Below are positions 38,584-47,995 of a stretch of 64,000 nt of DNA, in pieces. Source of the stretch: Desulfobacterales bacterium (GTDB lineage Bacteria > Desulfobacterota > Desulfobacteria > Desulfobacterales > UBA5616); assembly GCA_046483495.1 (NCBI GenBank), contig JAWODC010000049.1, forward strand, positions 1 to 64,000. Direction: 5' to 3'. The translations under genes were made by a program, and so were the position numbers. Every line of letters begins with the position of its first letter. Within the stretch, counting starts at the first letter, position 1. The notes under the pieces are model-generated. The model searched no databases and had not been told where the DNA came from. It saw only the letters and a list, made by a program, of their open reading frames with translations.

Positions 38584-39765
38584 ATGGATTTTGAACTGAG
38601 TCCTGAAATTGAAGCGGTGCAAAAAGAGGCGCGCCGGTTTGCGATAAAAGAAATTTTGCCCGGAACCGGTGAAGATGTGTTCAAGCGGGACCTGGTATCC
38701 AAAATGGGTGCTCTGGGATTTTTCGGATGCGCTTTTCCGGTTTCATTCGGCGGATCGGATCTCGGCTTTCTGGCGCATTCAGTGGTATGCGAGGAAATCT
38801 CCCGGGCGGATTCCGGGCTGCGTTCGCTGTTTAATTTACAGGCTGCTACAGTGGCCTACACCATCATGGAGTGGGGCTCGCCCGGCGTTCGGAATCACTA
38901 TGTAAAGGATCTCGTCCTGGCAAAAAAACTGGGGTGCACCTGCTTCTCTGAGCCGAACGCCGGATCGGATTTGGCGTCAATGGAAACGCTCGTTGAAGAC
39001 AAGGGGGATCACTATCTGATCAATGGATCGAAAACATGGATCTCCAACGGCACCGTGGCCGATATCGCCATTGTATATGCAACCCATGATAAAAGCCTTC
39101 AACATAAGGGAATCTGTGCGCTTGTCGTTGAAACCGATCAGCCGGGGTGGTCGGCTCGTGAAACGCCGAAATTGGGAGACAGGTCCTCTCCGATTGCTGA
39201 GATTCATTTGCACAACGTAAAAGCACCCAAGGAAAATCTGCTGGGGGAATGGGGCGGGGGCTTCAAAGTGGCGATGACGGCGCTCGACAGGGGGCGGATC
39301 AGTGTGTCCAGCGGGGCAGTGGGGCTGGCCCAGGCCTGTATCGACAGTTCGGTCGAATATGCCAACAGGAGGATGCAGTTCGGAAAACCGATCAGCCGTT
39401 ATCAACTCGTAAAAGGCGGAATCGCCGAAATGGTGACCTACACTGAAGCAGCACGGCTGATGGTGAGGAAGGGCGCCTGGCTGAATGACCAGGACCTTCC
39501 GTTTACCCGTGAAATCGCCATGGCGAAATATTTTGCCGGTGAAACCGTTGTCAAGGCAGCGGGGCTGGCCATGGAAATTCACGGCGGAATGGGGTATTCT
39601 CTGGAATTGCCGGTCGAGAAGTATTACCGGGATTCAAAGTTATACCAGATTGGAGAAGGCACGGCGAATATCATGCGGCTGCTCATTGCGGATGATGCAT
39701 TGAACCTGAAAAAAGCCAACCGGAAACGCCTTCATGTACCGAGTGAATTTAGAAATCTCCAGTAG
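38584..39765 (+). CDS. Acyl-CoA dehydrogenase (resembles non-decarboxylating glutaryl-CoA DH family)
   Basis: SEPNAGSD, EDKGDHYLINGSKTWISN, GLAQAC, GEGTANI, C-terminal KKANR. Confidence 0.85.
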   Translation: MDFELSPEIEAVQKEARRFAIKEILPGTGEDVFKRDLVSKMGALGFFGCAFPVSFGGSDLGFLAHSVVCEEISRADSGLRSLFNLQAATVAYTIMEWGSPGVRNHYVKDLVLAKKLGCTCFSEPNAGSDLASMETLVEDKGDHYLINGSKTWISNGTVADIAIVYATHDKSLQHKGICALVVETDQPGWSARETPKLGDRSSPIAEIHLHNVKAPKENLLGEWGGGFKVAMTALDRGRISVSSGAVGLAQACIDSSVEYANRRMQFGKPISRYQLVKGGIAEMVTYTEAARLMVRKGAWLNDQDLPFTREIAMAKYFAGETVVKAAGLAMEIHGGMGYSLELPVEKYYRDSKLYQIGEGTANIMRLLIADDALNLKKANRKRLHVPSEFRNLQ

Positions 39766-39943
39766 GTGCCCGGTCATTACGAGGGCATTTTGGCTGCGCT
39801 TCAATTCAGGTGTTCGATCCGCTCTTTCTGGCGGTGAACTCGTTGCATCCAAAGGGGGCTGTCATCGAGATAGATTTCCGCTCTCCTGAAGATACGTTCA
39901 AAAATGTTTTGGGACCTGTGAATCGAACAGGATTCGGTCGGCT

Positions 39944-40021
39944 CGAAAGTATCGATGCCGGTGTAAATCGATCCAGGCCGCACAGGTACGTGAACGGCTT
40001 GAAGACACTCCCCGGCTGCCG
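39944..40021 (-). pseudogene. Relic of a class A PBP transpeptidase (SxxK region)
   Basis: Translates RQPGSVFKPFTYLCGLDRFTPASILS with no upstream gene body. Confidence 0.6.
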
Positions 40022-40036
40022 CATCTCGAGGGGCAA

Positions 40037-41362
40037 CTAACTTTTGGCAGGCCCTTCCATCGGCACCGGTGCCGGCTGGGCGTCGTTTTGCTGCTTTTCA
40101 GGCGGAGCGGCAATGACCATGCACACAACACCGGCGGCCAGTACAGCGAAAATTCCGATAAAAGCCGGATCATAATTGCCGAAGGTATCCGCCATGTACC
40201 CGGCCAGATAAGGAGCCGGTGCGACGAACACGAGGGTTAGCGGGGTAATGACACCGGCGAGGTTTGCAAACGCGTCCGGTCCGAAATAATTGCCCCGCAT
40301 GACCGGGAGAAGCACGAGAATGGTTCCGTAGGAAAACCCGTAAACAACGCCGCCGGCGAGCAGGGCCGGCAGGCTGGGCGCCTTCCAGACATTGTACACC
40401 ATAGCCATGATGACGAGCAGGGATACGGAGATCAGCCATCTCGGTTCGATGCGATCGCCTACCCACCCCATGGGAAACCGGGCAAAACCGCTGCTCAAGA
40501 CCACAATGCTCATAACGGATGCCGCTTCCATTTCGGTATATCCCAGATCGGTCAAATGAAGCACCATATGCGTTACCAAGACCTGCAGCGGAATCGTGCA
40601 TGCAATCTGTCCGAACGTAATGCAGTAAAGGCTTCGGGTTTTTAGGATTTGCCTCATGCGCCAGTTTCGGGATGTCCGAAAAGTCTGATATCGCCGCTTC
40701 TTGCGTTCATTACCGTCTTGAATTTCCGGAGAGATGTTGTCGGGAAACTGCCCCAAATCCGAAGGCTTGCTGTAAATCTTCAAAGAGAGCAGGACCATCA
40801 GGGAGACAAGGATGGCGCACGCCATCCACGCAGACTGCCAATTCCCGGTTTTCTGTATGAGCCGGGTAAACACGGGCGTAGCCAAAAACCCGCCGATGGA
40901 TGTGCCCGTCATCACGATGCCCATTGTCGTCGCCCGCTTCAGGTTGTACCAGAAGGTCACGGTCGTTTGAGTGCCGAGATTGAAAAAGGCAAATCCAAAC
41001 GGCAGAAATACGCCCCATATGAGCGTCCATTGCCACAGCGCCGTTGTCGCCGTGGCGAGCAGAAGCATTCCCGAACCGAGTATGGCAAGGCCGATCATGA
41101 TGGACCGGCGGGTTCCGGACCGGTTGATTACCGCTGCTGCAAGCGGCATGGCCAGGCTTAAGAATACGGGACGCAATGTCGCCGCCAGTGACGCCTCCCC
41201 CCTCCCCCATCCCGTTTCCTTGACCATGGCGGGAAAAATGACGGTAAACCCGTAAAATCCCATGCCCAGAACGACCATGTTGGTCACAAAGAGGATGAAG
41301 ACCAACTTCCTGCCGTAGAACCTTCGGCCGGCCCCACGGATGATATGTTCTGTTTTGGCCAT
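40037..41362 (-). CDS. MFS transporter (OFA/MCT-like)
   Basis: About 12 TMs, GWGRGE, INRSGTRR and GWVGDRIEPR loop motifs. Confidence 0.88.
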   Translation of the reverse strand: MAKTEHIIRGAGRRFYGRKLVFILFVTNMVVLGMGFYGFTVIFPAMVKETGWGRGEASLAATLRPVFLSLAMPLAAAVINRSGTRRSIMIGLAILGSGMLLLATATTALWQWTLIWGVFLPFGFAFFNLGTQTTVTFWYNLKRATTMGIVMTGTSIGGFLATPVFTRLIQKTGNWQSAWMACAILVSLMVLLSLKIYSKPSDLGQFPDNISPEIQDGNERKKRRYQTFRTSRNWRMRQILKTRSLYCITFGQIACTIPLQVLVTHMVLHLTDLGYTEMEAASVMSIVVLSSGFARFPMGWVGDRIEPRWLISVSLLVIMAMVYNVWKAPSLPALLAGGVVYGFSYGTILVLLPVMRGNYFGPDAFANLAGVITPLTLVFVAPAPYLAGYMADTFGNYDPAFIGIFAVLAAGVVCMVIAAPPEKQQNDAQPAPVPMEGPAKS

Positions 41363-41382
41363 TCAGATTCCATCAGCCGCAA

Positions 41383-42201
41383 TTAGAGCGGCCAAATCCG
41401 GTTTAAAAATGCCGTCACGGTTTCGTTAAACGCTGCCGGAGCTTCTATCGCCGACGCATGGCCCGTTGGAAAGATGCGAAGAACGGCGTCGGGAATGGCG
41501 AGTTCCATGGATTTCGCAACCTCGAGAGACATGAATCCGTCCTGTTCACCGGCGATGATCAATGCCGGGCATGCCAATCGGGTCAGATCCGGGGGATTCT
41601 CCATGGAGCTCATAATTGCCTGAATAATAGGCACATAATGATGGGGATCGTTTATTTTTTTGATGGAGGTGTACATCCGGAAAATTTCCGGCTCTCTTTC
41701 TTCGAATCCCGGGGACAGAGAAAGCCGGGCCATAACCTCGGCGATAACGCCGATGTCGCCGGTTTGCAGAATCTCCACCATTCGGGCTCTTTGCTCCTCC
41801 ATCCGTTTAACGTCTTCGGAGGAGACCTGCATATCGGGCCCCATGACGCCGCTGTTGGCAAATACAAGACCGGCGGTCATCTCGGGGTGCTTCAGAGCGA
41901 AATTCAAGCCGATCCGGCCTCCCATGGAATAGCCGACAAGGCAGACGTTATCTATTCGGAGATGCTGCAGCAGCGCAAAAAGATCGTCTGCGAACAGCGC
42001 CATGCTGTAATCGCCTTCAGGCGTTTGGGTCCGGCCATGCCCCCGGACATCGTAGGCAAGGACTTTGCAGCGTTTTGAAAACTCCGGGACCTGATTGTAC
42101 CACATGGCAAGATTATCGCTGAACCCGTGGATCAGAACCAGGCAAGGCCCTTCACCGGAAAGTTCATAATTGATGTGTATGCCGTTGGCTGTTGCTTCCA
42201 T
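41383..42201 (-). CDS. Alpha/beta hydrolase (enol-lactonase-like)
   Basis: LIHGF, YDVRGHGRT, GYSMGG nucleophile elbow, GEQD, TGH. Confidence 0.9.
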   Translation of the reverse strand: MEATANGIHINYELSGEGPCLVLIHGFSDNLAMWYNQVPEFSKRCKVLAYDVRGHGRTQTPEGDYSMALFADDLFALLQHLRIDNVCLVGYSMGGRIGLNFALKHPEMTAGLVFANSGVMGPDMQVSSEDVKRMEEQRARMVEILQTGDIGVIAEVMARLSLSPGFEEREPEIFRMYTSIKKINDPHHYVPIIQAIMSSMENPPDLTRLACPALIIAGEQDGFMSLEVAKSMELAIPDAVLRIFPTGHASAIEAPAAFNETVTAFLNRIWPL

Positions 42202-42229
42202 GGCTGCTCCTTTCCGTTTTGGCCGGCAT

Positions 42230-42470
42230 CGGCCGTCATTTGTTTTGCATACCCGTCACGCACGACGGCAGATATGAGGTCGAACAGCGTTTCGGGATCC
42301 TGGCGGCGCAAAACCACGGCATCGTATTTCGAACCTGTGGCCGGCACCCATTCGCGTTTTTCGGCGTTAATCGCCTCGAGAATGCTTTCGGCCGCTTCTT
42401 GCGGTTACATGCCGGTGTCAATCGCCGTATCGCTCACGCCGCGTCGTGTTCCATCGGTAAACGGCGAAAA
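42230..42470 (-). pseudogene. 3' relic of an SDR-family oxidoreductase with in-frame TAA
   Basis: FTDGTRRGVSDTAIDTGM*PQEAAESILEAINAEKRE...LRRQDPETLFD...GYAKQM; stop at 42405-42407; no Rossmann N-terminus. Confidence 0.5.
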
Positions 42471-42493
42471 CAGTTTCGATCGCCATTGAAGGC

Positions 42494-43300
42494 CTATTTC
42501 AGTGCATACTGTTTCTCGATGAGCAGATCCTGGGAACCCCGGGTGATCACGCCCCCCTGGATTTCCACGATGGGCAGTTGTTTTAGTGCGTTTATGACGC
42601 GGGCAGACATCGGAGCCCTTTTCCACGCAACCGTATGAAAAAGGATATGTCCTTTTCCCAGCCAGGCTTCCGTAAGTTCCGTTGCTGCGGGCAGCGCTGT
42701 GGCAAAACTGGCGTCGGACGATTTCATGTCGCACGACGGGATGTATTTCCATCCCATCCAGACGGCATCCCGCGCCTGCCGGTTGATGAGTTCGAGCTCT
42801 TCATCAGATGCCTTGGTAAGGTCGCCGATTTCCCCCTCGAGAAGCAGTATACCGCCTTCTGAAACCGAAAAACCTCTCTTCCCATTGACAATCCATGCAT
42901 CGGGAATGTCCGCCATGAGTTTGGGTGCACCAAGCACTTCCCGGCCGACCATGATCGGCATGAATGCATTTTCCCACAAGACCAATGCGAAATTCCCCGT
43001 CACCCTGTCCCGCCGGCCTTCGAATTCGGCGGAAACATTCACCGCCACCAGGTTGTAGCCGCCGCCGGCCATAAAATCCACTCCCCTGCACATCACGAAG
43101 CTGACGGAAATTAACGGTGGGTCCGTTGCCTTGAATCCCGGGGGCAAATACTTCGAAACGGCCTCTTTTTCGGTTGCGTACATGACGGTAATGGACGTAT
43201 TGTCCGCATAATGCGCCGCCCTGCCGTTCCATCCTTCGACGGAGGGTCCAAAGTGCGCCGGCATGACATAGGGTTTACCTTCTTCGAATTCAAATCCCAC
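42494..43300 (-). CDS. Acetoacetate decarboxylase family protein
   Basis: YVMPAHFGP, YLPPGF, GGGYN, LVLWEN, GREVLGAPK (catalytic Lys); GGGAGG RBS, GTG start. Confidence 0.85.
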   Translation of the reverse strand: MGFEFEEGKPYVMPAHFGPSVEGWNGRAAHYADNTSITVMYATEKEAVSKYLPPGFKATDPPLISVSFVMCRGVDFMAGGGYNLVAVNVSAEFEGRRDRVTGNFALVLWENAFMPIMVGREVLGAPKLMADIPDAWIVNGKRGFSVSEGGILLLEGEIGDLTKASDEELELINRQARDAVWMGWKYIPSCDMKSSDASFATALPAATELTEAWLGKGHILFHTVAWKRAPMSARVINALKQLPIVEIQGGVITRGSQDLLIEKQYALK

Positions 43301-43770
43301 GCTGAACCTCCCTTCATTAAGTGGTTTTTTTCCAGGTGTTCGAGCCGCTGTGTTGCCTTTGTGCGGATGTATTTTTGAGCAGTCCGTTCTTGCCTTTCCA
43401 TTCGGTTAACGTCTTCAGGGACGGGCCGAATCATGGGCGGTCGATGTTTTTGTACTCATCCGGAATCGGCGGATTTTGGTTCAAAGCAAGCCCCGATCAA
43501 GGTTGAAAGGACAGGCCAAGCCGTCATAATTCAAAAAACAAGTGATTTTGTTGATTTCAAGAAATGAGAAAACGCAGCTTCAGCGCCATTCGGGACAGCA
43601 ACCTTTATAGCAGGGACGCCTCCGGAAAGCAATATTCCGGTAATTTAAAATACAGGTTCGGCTGTATTTACCGTCCGAATTCCGGGAATTATCATCATAA
43701 CTAGCAGCCCGGAGAAATGGGAAAACGCGTCCATTCTAAAAGATCATTGTAAAGAAAGGAGATTTTGAAA

Positions 43771-44217
43771 ATGGCATTTGAACTTACCCCATGGAGAAGA
43801 CCCACTGGTATTCGACCGTTTTGGAGGGGGATGGATGATCTTTTTGACAGGTTTTTAGGAGAAATGGCCCCGGCGGAACGAGCGTGGGAATGGACACCTT
43901 CGGTGGATATTTCCGAAACCGATGGAAATGTCGAAATTAAAGCCGAATTGCCCGGTATGGAAGCAAGCGACATCGACGTCAATGTCAGCGGAGATGTACT
44001 GACCCTGAGGGGTGAAAAGAAACATGAAGAAGAGAAGAAAGGGGAGCGGTACTATTGCCGAGAGCGATATGCCGGCTCTTTTCAGCGCTCTTTCAGGCTT
44101 CCGACCGGAGTGGAAAGCGACAAGGTGGACGCCGAATTCAAAAACGGCGTGCTTAGAATCAACATACCCAAGTCCGAGGAAAGCAAACAAAAAAAGATCG
44201 AAATTAAATCGTCATGA
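43771..44217 (+). CDS. Hsp20/alpha-crystallin small heat-shock protein
   Basis: PSVDISET, AELPG, ERYAGSFQRSFRLP, AEFKNGVLRINIPK. Confidence 0.95.
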   Translation: MAFELTPWRRPTGIRPFWRGMDDLFDRFLGEMAPAERAWEWTPSVDISETDGNVEIKAELPGMEASDIDVNVSGDVLTLRGEKKHEEEKKGERYYCRERYAGSFQRSFRLPTGVESDKVDAEFKNGVLRINIPKSEESKQKKIEIKSS

Positions 44218-44280
44218 TGGTGTTCGGCATCCCTTCTCCGGGTTGAACATTAACATTGATAAATAAAGCCATCCCTGATA

Positions 44281-44337
44281 GAAGCGGTTTTTATCCTTTT
44301 GTGTTCAATCAAGGCGTAAAACCGCTTCTCTTTTTTT
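44281..44337 (+). terminator. Probable intrinsic terminator after hsp20
   Basis: GAAGCGGTTTT ... AAAACCGCTTC stem followed by a T run. Confidence 0.55.
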
Positions 44338-44524
44338 CACGAAAACGGCGGTCGGCGAAAATTACCAGTCCATCCGGAAATAAAAAAATTCGATTCGGTT
44401 CAAGTGAAGGGGAATGTTATCCACAGGAATGCCTTGGTATTTTGAGGATTAAAATTTTTCGTCCATCCGAAAAATTAGCGAATAAACCCTTCTGGATGAA
44501 CCATTAACCTCTAAGGAGATCCAT

Positions 44525-45487
44525 ATGATATCCGAAATCACCGTTCAGAATCTTGACCCTGAACGGTTCATCCAGAACAAGATCGATGCAATAAAAACAG
44601 AGGTTGGTGAAGGAATTGCGATCAACGCTCTGTCCGGCGGCGTCGATTCCTCAACGGTCACCATGCTGGGCCACCGCGCGTTGAAGAACCGCTTGCGGAC
44701 CGTTTTCATTGAAAACGGTCTGATGCGCTCCTCGGAATCCGAACAGGTGATACGGCTTTTCCGGGATCTGGGGGTGCCTGTGGAAGTGGTGGACGCTCGG
44801 GAAGAATTTTTCAGCGCTCTTGTGGGTGTTGCGGATCCCGAGGAAAAGCGGGAAGCCGTCACGCAGACCTTTTACAAAAATGTATTCGGGCGGATTGTCA
44901 AAGAAAGCGGTGCGAAATTTCTGCTGCAGGGGACCATCCTGACAGATGTCGATGAAACGGTGGCGGGAGTAAAGCGCCAGCACAATGTCTTCGAGCAGCT
45001 CGGCATCGATCCACAGGCGGCTTTCGGCTATAAAATTGTGGAACCCCTCATTGAGCTTCGCAAAGACGGCGTACGCCTGGTCGGTAAGGCGCTGGGGCTT
45101 CCCGAAAGCGTTTTTCAGCGAATTCCGTTTCCGGGACCGGCACTCGCCGCACGTGTTATAGGAGAGGCGACCCCTCAGCGCATTGAAACCGTGCGGCGTG
45201 CAACCGATATCGTGGAGCGTCTTCTGAAGAGCACCGGCGCATTTCAGTATATGGCTATCCTGCACGAGGACCGGGTAACCGGCATGCGTGACGGCAAGCG
45301 GGATTATGGGCGGCAAATCGAGGTGAGGTGCTGGGACAGCGTCGACGCACGAACTGCCACACCGACGCGCATTCCGTTCGAGACGCTCGAAAAAATCGCC
45401 GATGAGATCGTGTCGACTGTTCCCGGCGTCGTGAGTGTTACGTACAATATTACACCCAAGCCGCCGTCAACGATTGAAGCCGTGTAA
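44525..45487 (+). CDS. GMP synthase subunit B (ATP pyrophosphatase + dimerisation domain only)
   Basis: ALSGGVDS PP-loop, DPEEKR, LLQGT, PFPGPALAAR, YNITPKPPSTIE; no glutaminase domain. Confidence 0.9.
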   Translation: MISEITVQNLDPERFIQNKIDAIKTEVGEGIAINALSGGVDSSTVTMLGHRALKNRLRTVFIENGLMRSSESEQVIRLFRDLGVPVEVVDAREEFFSALVGVADPEEKREAVTQTFYKNVFGRIVKESGAKFLLQGTILTDVDETVAGVKRQHNVFEQLGIDPQAAFGYKIVEPLIELRKDGVRLVGKALGLPESVFQRIPFPGPALAARVIGEATPQRIETVRRATDIVERLLKSTGAFQYMAILHEDRVTGMRDGKRDYGRQIEVRCWDSVDARTATPTRIPFETLEKIADEIVSTVPGVVSVTYNITPKPPSTIEAV

Positions 45488-45528
45488 ACAGTGTAAACAA
45501 GGTGGGGTTGTATAGGTTTAGAGGTGAT

Positions 45529-45552
45529 GGGTTATGGGTGAAGGGTGGTGGG
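45529..45552 (+). repeat. Heptamer-periodic G-tract array (G4-forming motif)
   Basis: GGG TTAT GGG TGAA GGG TGGT GGG. Confidence 0.5.
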
Positions 45553-45554
45553 CA

Positions 45555-46817
45555 CTAGTATGAAAACAGACCTTCTGCCTCAATTTCACTGACGGCGTCA
45601 CTGACGTTTTCCGACGTGATGATGTGGACATGGACCCCCCCGCTGGACAGCATATAGCCCGGCCCTTTATGTCGGATATCCTCCTTTATCCCAACGTGAT
45701 CCACACCGAGCGAAACCAGCCACTCCGCCACACGAATACCCTTGGCGGTTTTTACGTCTCGGTGGGGATTTTGGACGATTTCATGCTTTTCCACTTCTTT
45801 GTCGCTTCGACGGATGTGAAGGATGTCGAAAAAGGGCGCTTCTCCGAAATGATTGCTGATTCGGCCTGTTTCGGTCTCGAGCGGAAGCGCAACCCGTTCA
45901 TGCTTCCGTTCACTGGGCCCGTAGTGGATAAAGACTTTTTGAACATGGGGCACTTTTTCCCGGATATCGGCTTCGATATCCCCACTGATCCGATGCGCCT
46001 TTTCCAGATCATCGGTTTTCACCGTGATGGTTGTCTGGATAAAGCGGAATCGTCCGGCGTTTCTTCCGATAAGCGATTTGACATTGATGACCAGTGGGTG
46101 GGATTTGATGATGTCGCGGATGCTGTCCAGTGTCGAAAAGTCCATGGATGCGTCGAGCAGTACACGCATGCCGTTGAACAGCAGTTCCCATCCCGTACGG
46201 GCAATAAAAATGAGGATCAGGGCGGCACCGATCTGATCGACGGTAATTCCCCCTATGTCCACATTGAGATCGGCATAGCTTAAGGTGACCGATATCAATA
46301 CCACGATCGAGGAGAGAACGTCGACCTGGCGGTGCCGCCCTTCTGCAATCAGGGTTGGGGATTCCGTTTTACGGCCGATCGATATCGCGTATTGCCCGAA
46401 TAGCAGGGTGGCGGTCGTCGCGGCCAAGAGGAGAATAAGATAAGACAACGATATTTGGGGCGTATTTGCAGGTGAAACAATCTCACGTATGATTTCATAA
46501 CCTGCTATGAAAATGAAAATGGCGATAAAAATGGAAGCCAGGTTTTCAATCTTGTACAGTCCCAGTGGAAACGAACGGGTTTTTTTTGAGGACAGTTTTA
46601 CACCGCCGTAGATCACAAGGGATGAAACGGCATCTGTTCCTGAATCGATGGCGCTCGCGGTGATGGCAAGACTTCCGGAAAACATGGCCAACAGCGCCTT
46701 CATGACTGCGAGGACCAGGTTCAGAAGAAATGCGTATCCGGCAACCCGGTAAATTTGCCGGGTTTCCTTATCGACAGGCTCATCTGCCGTCTGTTTGCTG
46801 TCGCCGTTTTGTGTCAT
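45555..46817 (-). CDS. Cation diffusion facilitator with C-terminal NifB/NifX-like domain
   Basis: SGSLAITASAIDSGTD, GLYKIENL, HRQVD, LLDAS, then HFGEAPFF..NPH..KG. Confidence 0.9.
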   Translation of the reverse strand: MTQNGDSKQTADEPVDKETRQIYRVAGYAFLLNLVLAVMKALLAMFSGSLAITASAIDSGTDAVSSLVIYGGVKLSSKKTRSFPLGLYKIENLASIFIAIFIFIAGYEIIREIVSPANTPQISLSYLILLLAATTATLLFGQYAISIGRKTESPTLIAEGRHRQVDVLSSIVVLISVTLSYADLNVDIGGITVDQIGAALILIFIARTGWELLFNGMRVLLDASMDFSTLDSIRDIIKSHPLVINVKSLIGRNAGRFRFIQTTITVKTDDLEKAHRISGDIEADIREKVPHVQKVFIHYGPSERKHERVALPLETETGRISNHFGEAPFFDILHIRRSDKEVEKHEIVQNPHRDVKTAKGIRVAEWLVSLGVDHVGIKEDIRHKGPGYMLSSGGVHVHIITSENVSDAVSEIEAEGLFSY

Positions 46818-46970
46818 CGCGCCGTCGCCTTGAAAAAACCGCTCTCACCGAACCTCACCATCAATATGAGATCTGTTTCGTCACATCAAACTGCGTTCCC
46901 AAAACATTTTTTTAACAGCTTGTAAAAAGGTCGATACCGCTATATCGGTTTGCCGGCTGAAAGCTTTCGG

Positions 46971-47690
46971 CTAATCAAAGGCCATATGCGTTTTCCACAC
47001 TTCCCAGACTTTGCCGACAAGGTCCGGACCCGGTTTTAAGGTAATCTTTCCCGGTTTCCATCCGGAGGGGGTTGCTTCCGTGCCTTTGCTGTTTCTAACG
47101 TGTTGAAAAGCTTGTATCTGGCGGATTGATTCGCTTACATTCCGACCCACGGGAGGCGTCAGTACTTCGTACCCCTGGATGACGCCGTCGGGATCGATAA
47201 TAAATCTTCCCCGGGTTTCTACACCGGCATCTTCATCGAATACACCAAAGACTTTGCCGACCTTTCCGCCGGCGTCGGACAGCATGGCAAAAGGGACGCC
47301 CCCTTCAACCATTTTGGACAATTCATTATCATTCCACATTTTGTGGACAAATACACTGTCGATGCTCATGGAAAGAATTTCCACACCCAGATTTTGAAAC
47401 TCCAGGTATTTTTCGGCAACTGCCGAAATTTCTGTTGCTCAGACAAATGTAAAATCACCGGGATAAAAACAAAGCACTACCCATTTGCCCAGGTATTCTG
47501 AAAGTTTCACGGAAATGAACTTGCCCTGCCGGTATGCCGGAGCGGCGAAATCCGGCGCTTTTTTGCCGACTTGTATCATGGGTGGGATCTCCTTTAGGTT
47601 TACGGGTTCTTGAACACCCTTCTCCTCTGCCGCTTCCCCGACCGGGCCTCCGGTGGGACGTGCGCAGCCGACTTCCATCTCTTCGCCCAT
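46971..47690 (-). CDS. prxU: Selenocysteine-containing peroxiredoxin (AhpC/Prx1 family), 239 aa
   Basis: The two track ORFs are in one frame, joined by TGA at 47439-47441 at the peroxidatic position ([13 protein letters not shown]); GGAGG RBS upstream of ATG 47690. Confidence 0.9.
47411..47428 (-). promoter_or_regulatory. Putative bacterial SECIS hairpin
   Basis: mRNA TTTCGGC-AGTT-GCCGAAA starting about 11 nt after the UGA. Confidence 0.65.
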
Positions 47691-47710
47691 ATTTTCCTCC
47701 ATAATGAAGG

Positions 47711-47741
47711 TTTGAGATATAATAATAAACACTATCTCAAA
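47711..47741. promoter_or_regulatory. Inverted-repeat operator upstream of prxU
   Basis: TTTGAGATA-N13-TATCTCAAA overlapping a putative minus-strand TTGAAA-17-GATAGT promoter. Confidence 0.45.
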
Positions 47742-47863
47742 TCAGACGGCATTTTTCAATCCAAAACGAAAACAGCTTAAATTTTGAAGATCATCAGGGG
47801 CAGGACAAAAATGCAATTTTGGGTAAGGAATATTCTCCGTAAAAAGGTGCGGATCGGAAGGCT

Positions 47864-47995
47864 TCAGATCTTTTCCAAAACGGCGGCGAGATCTTCCGGC
47901 GTCACTATTTCGGCGAATCGTTTGCCGTTTTTGCTTCTCTCTTTATACATGTTCAGGCATAGGGAAACAATGTCGAGGACTTCTTCTTCAGAGAT
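47864..47995 (-). pseudogene. 3' relic of a sulfite/nitrite-reductase-like 4Fe-4S protein
   Basis: ISEEEVLDIVSLCLNMYKERSKNGKRFAEIVTPEDLAAVLEKI*; no start of its own. Confidence 0.4.

Noticed and set aside
43310..43500. Possible gene relic upstream of the decarboxylase (LNQNPPIPDEYKNIDRP*)
   Set aside because: No family recognisable and no start or RBS; cannot be supported
43560..43770. CIRCE or sigma32 element upstream of hsp20
   Set aside because: No TTAGCACTC-N9-GAGTGCTAA, and only a weak sigma32 resemblance
47439..47441. TGA as a true stop, giving two small genes or a pseudogene
   Set aside because: It falls exactly on the peroxidatic residue, the frame continues, and a SECIS-like hairpin follows
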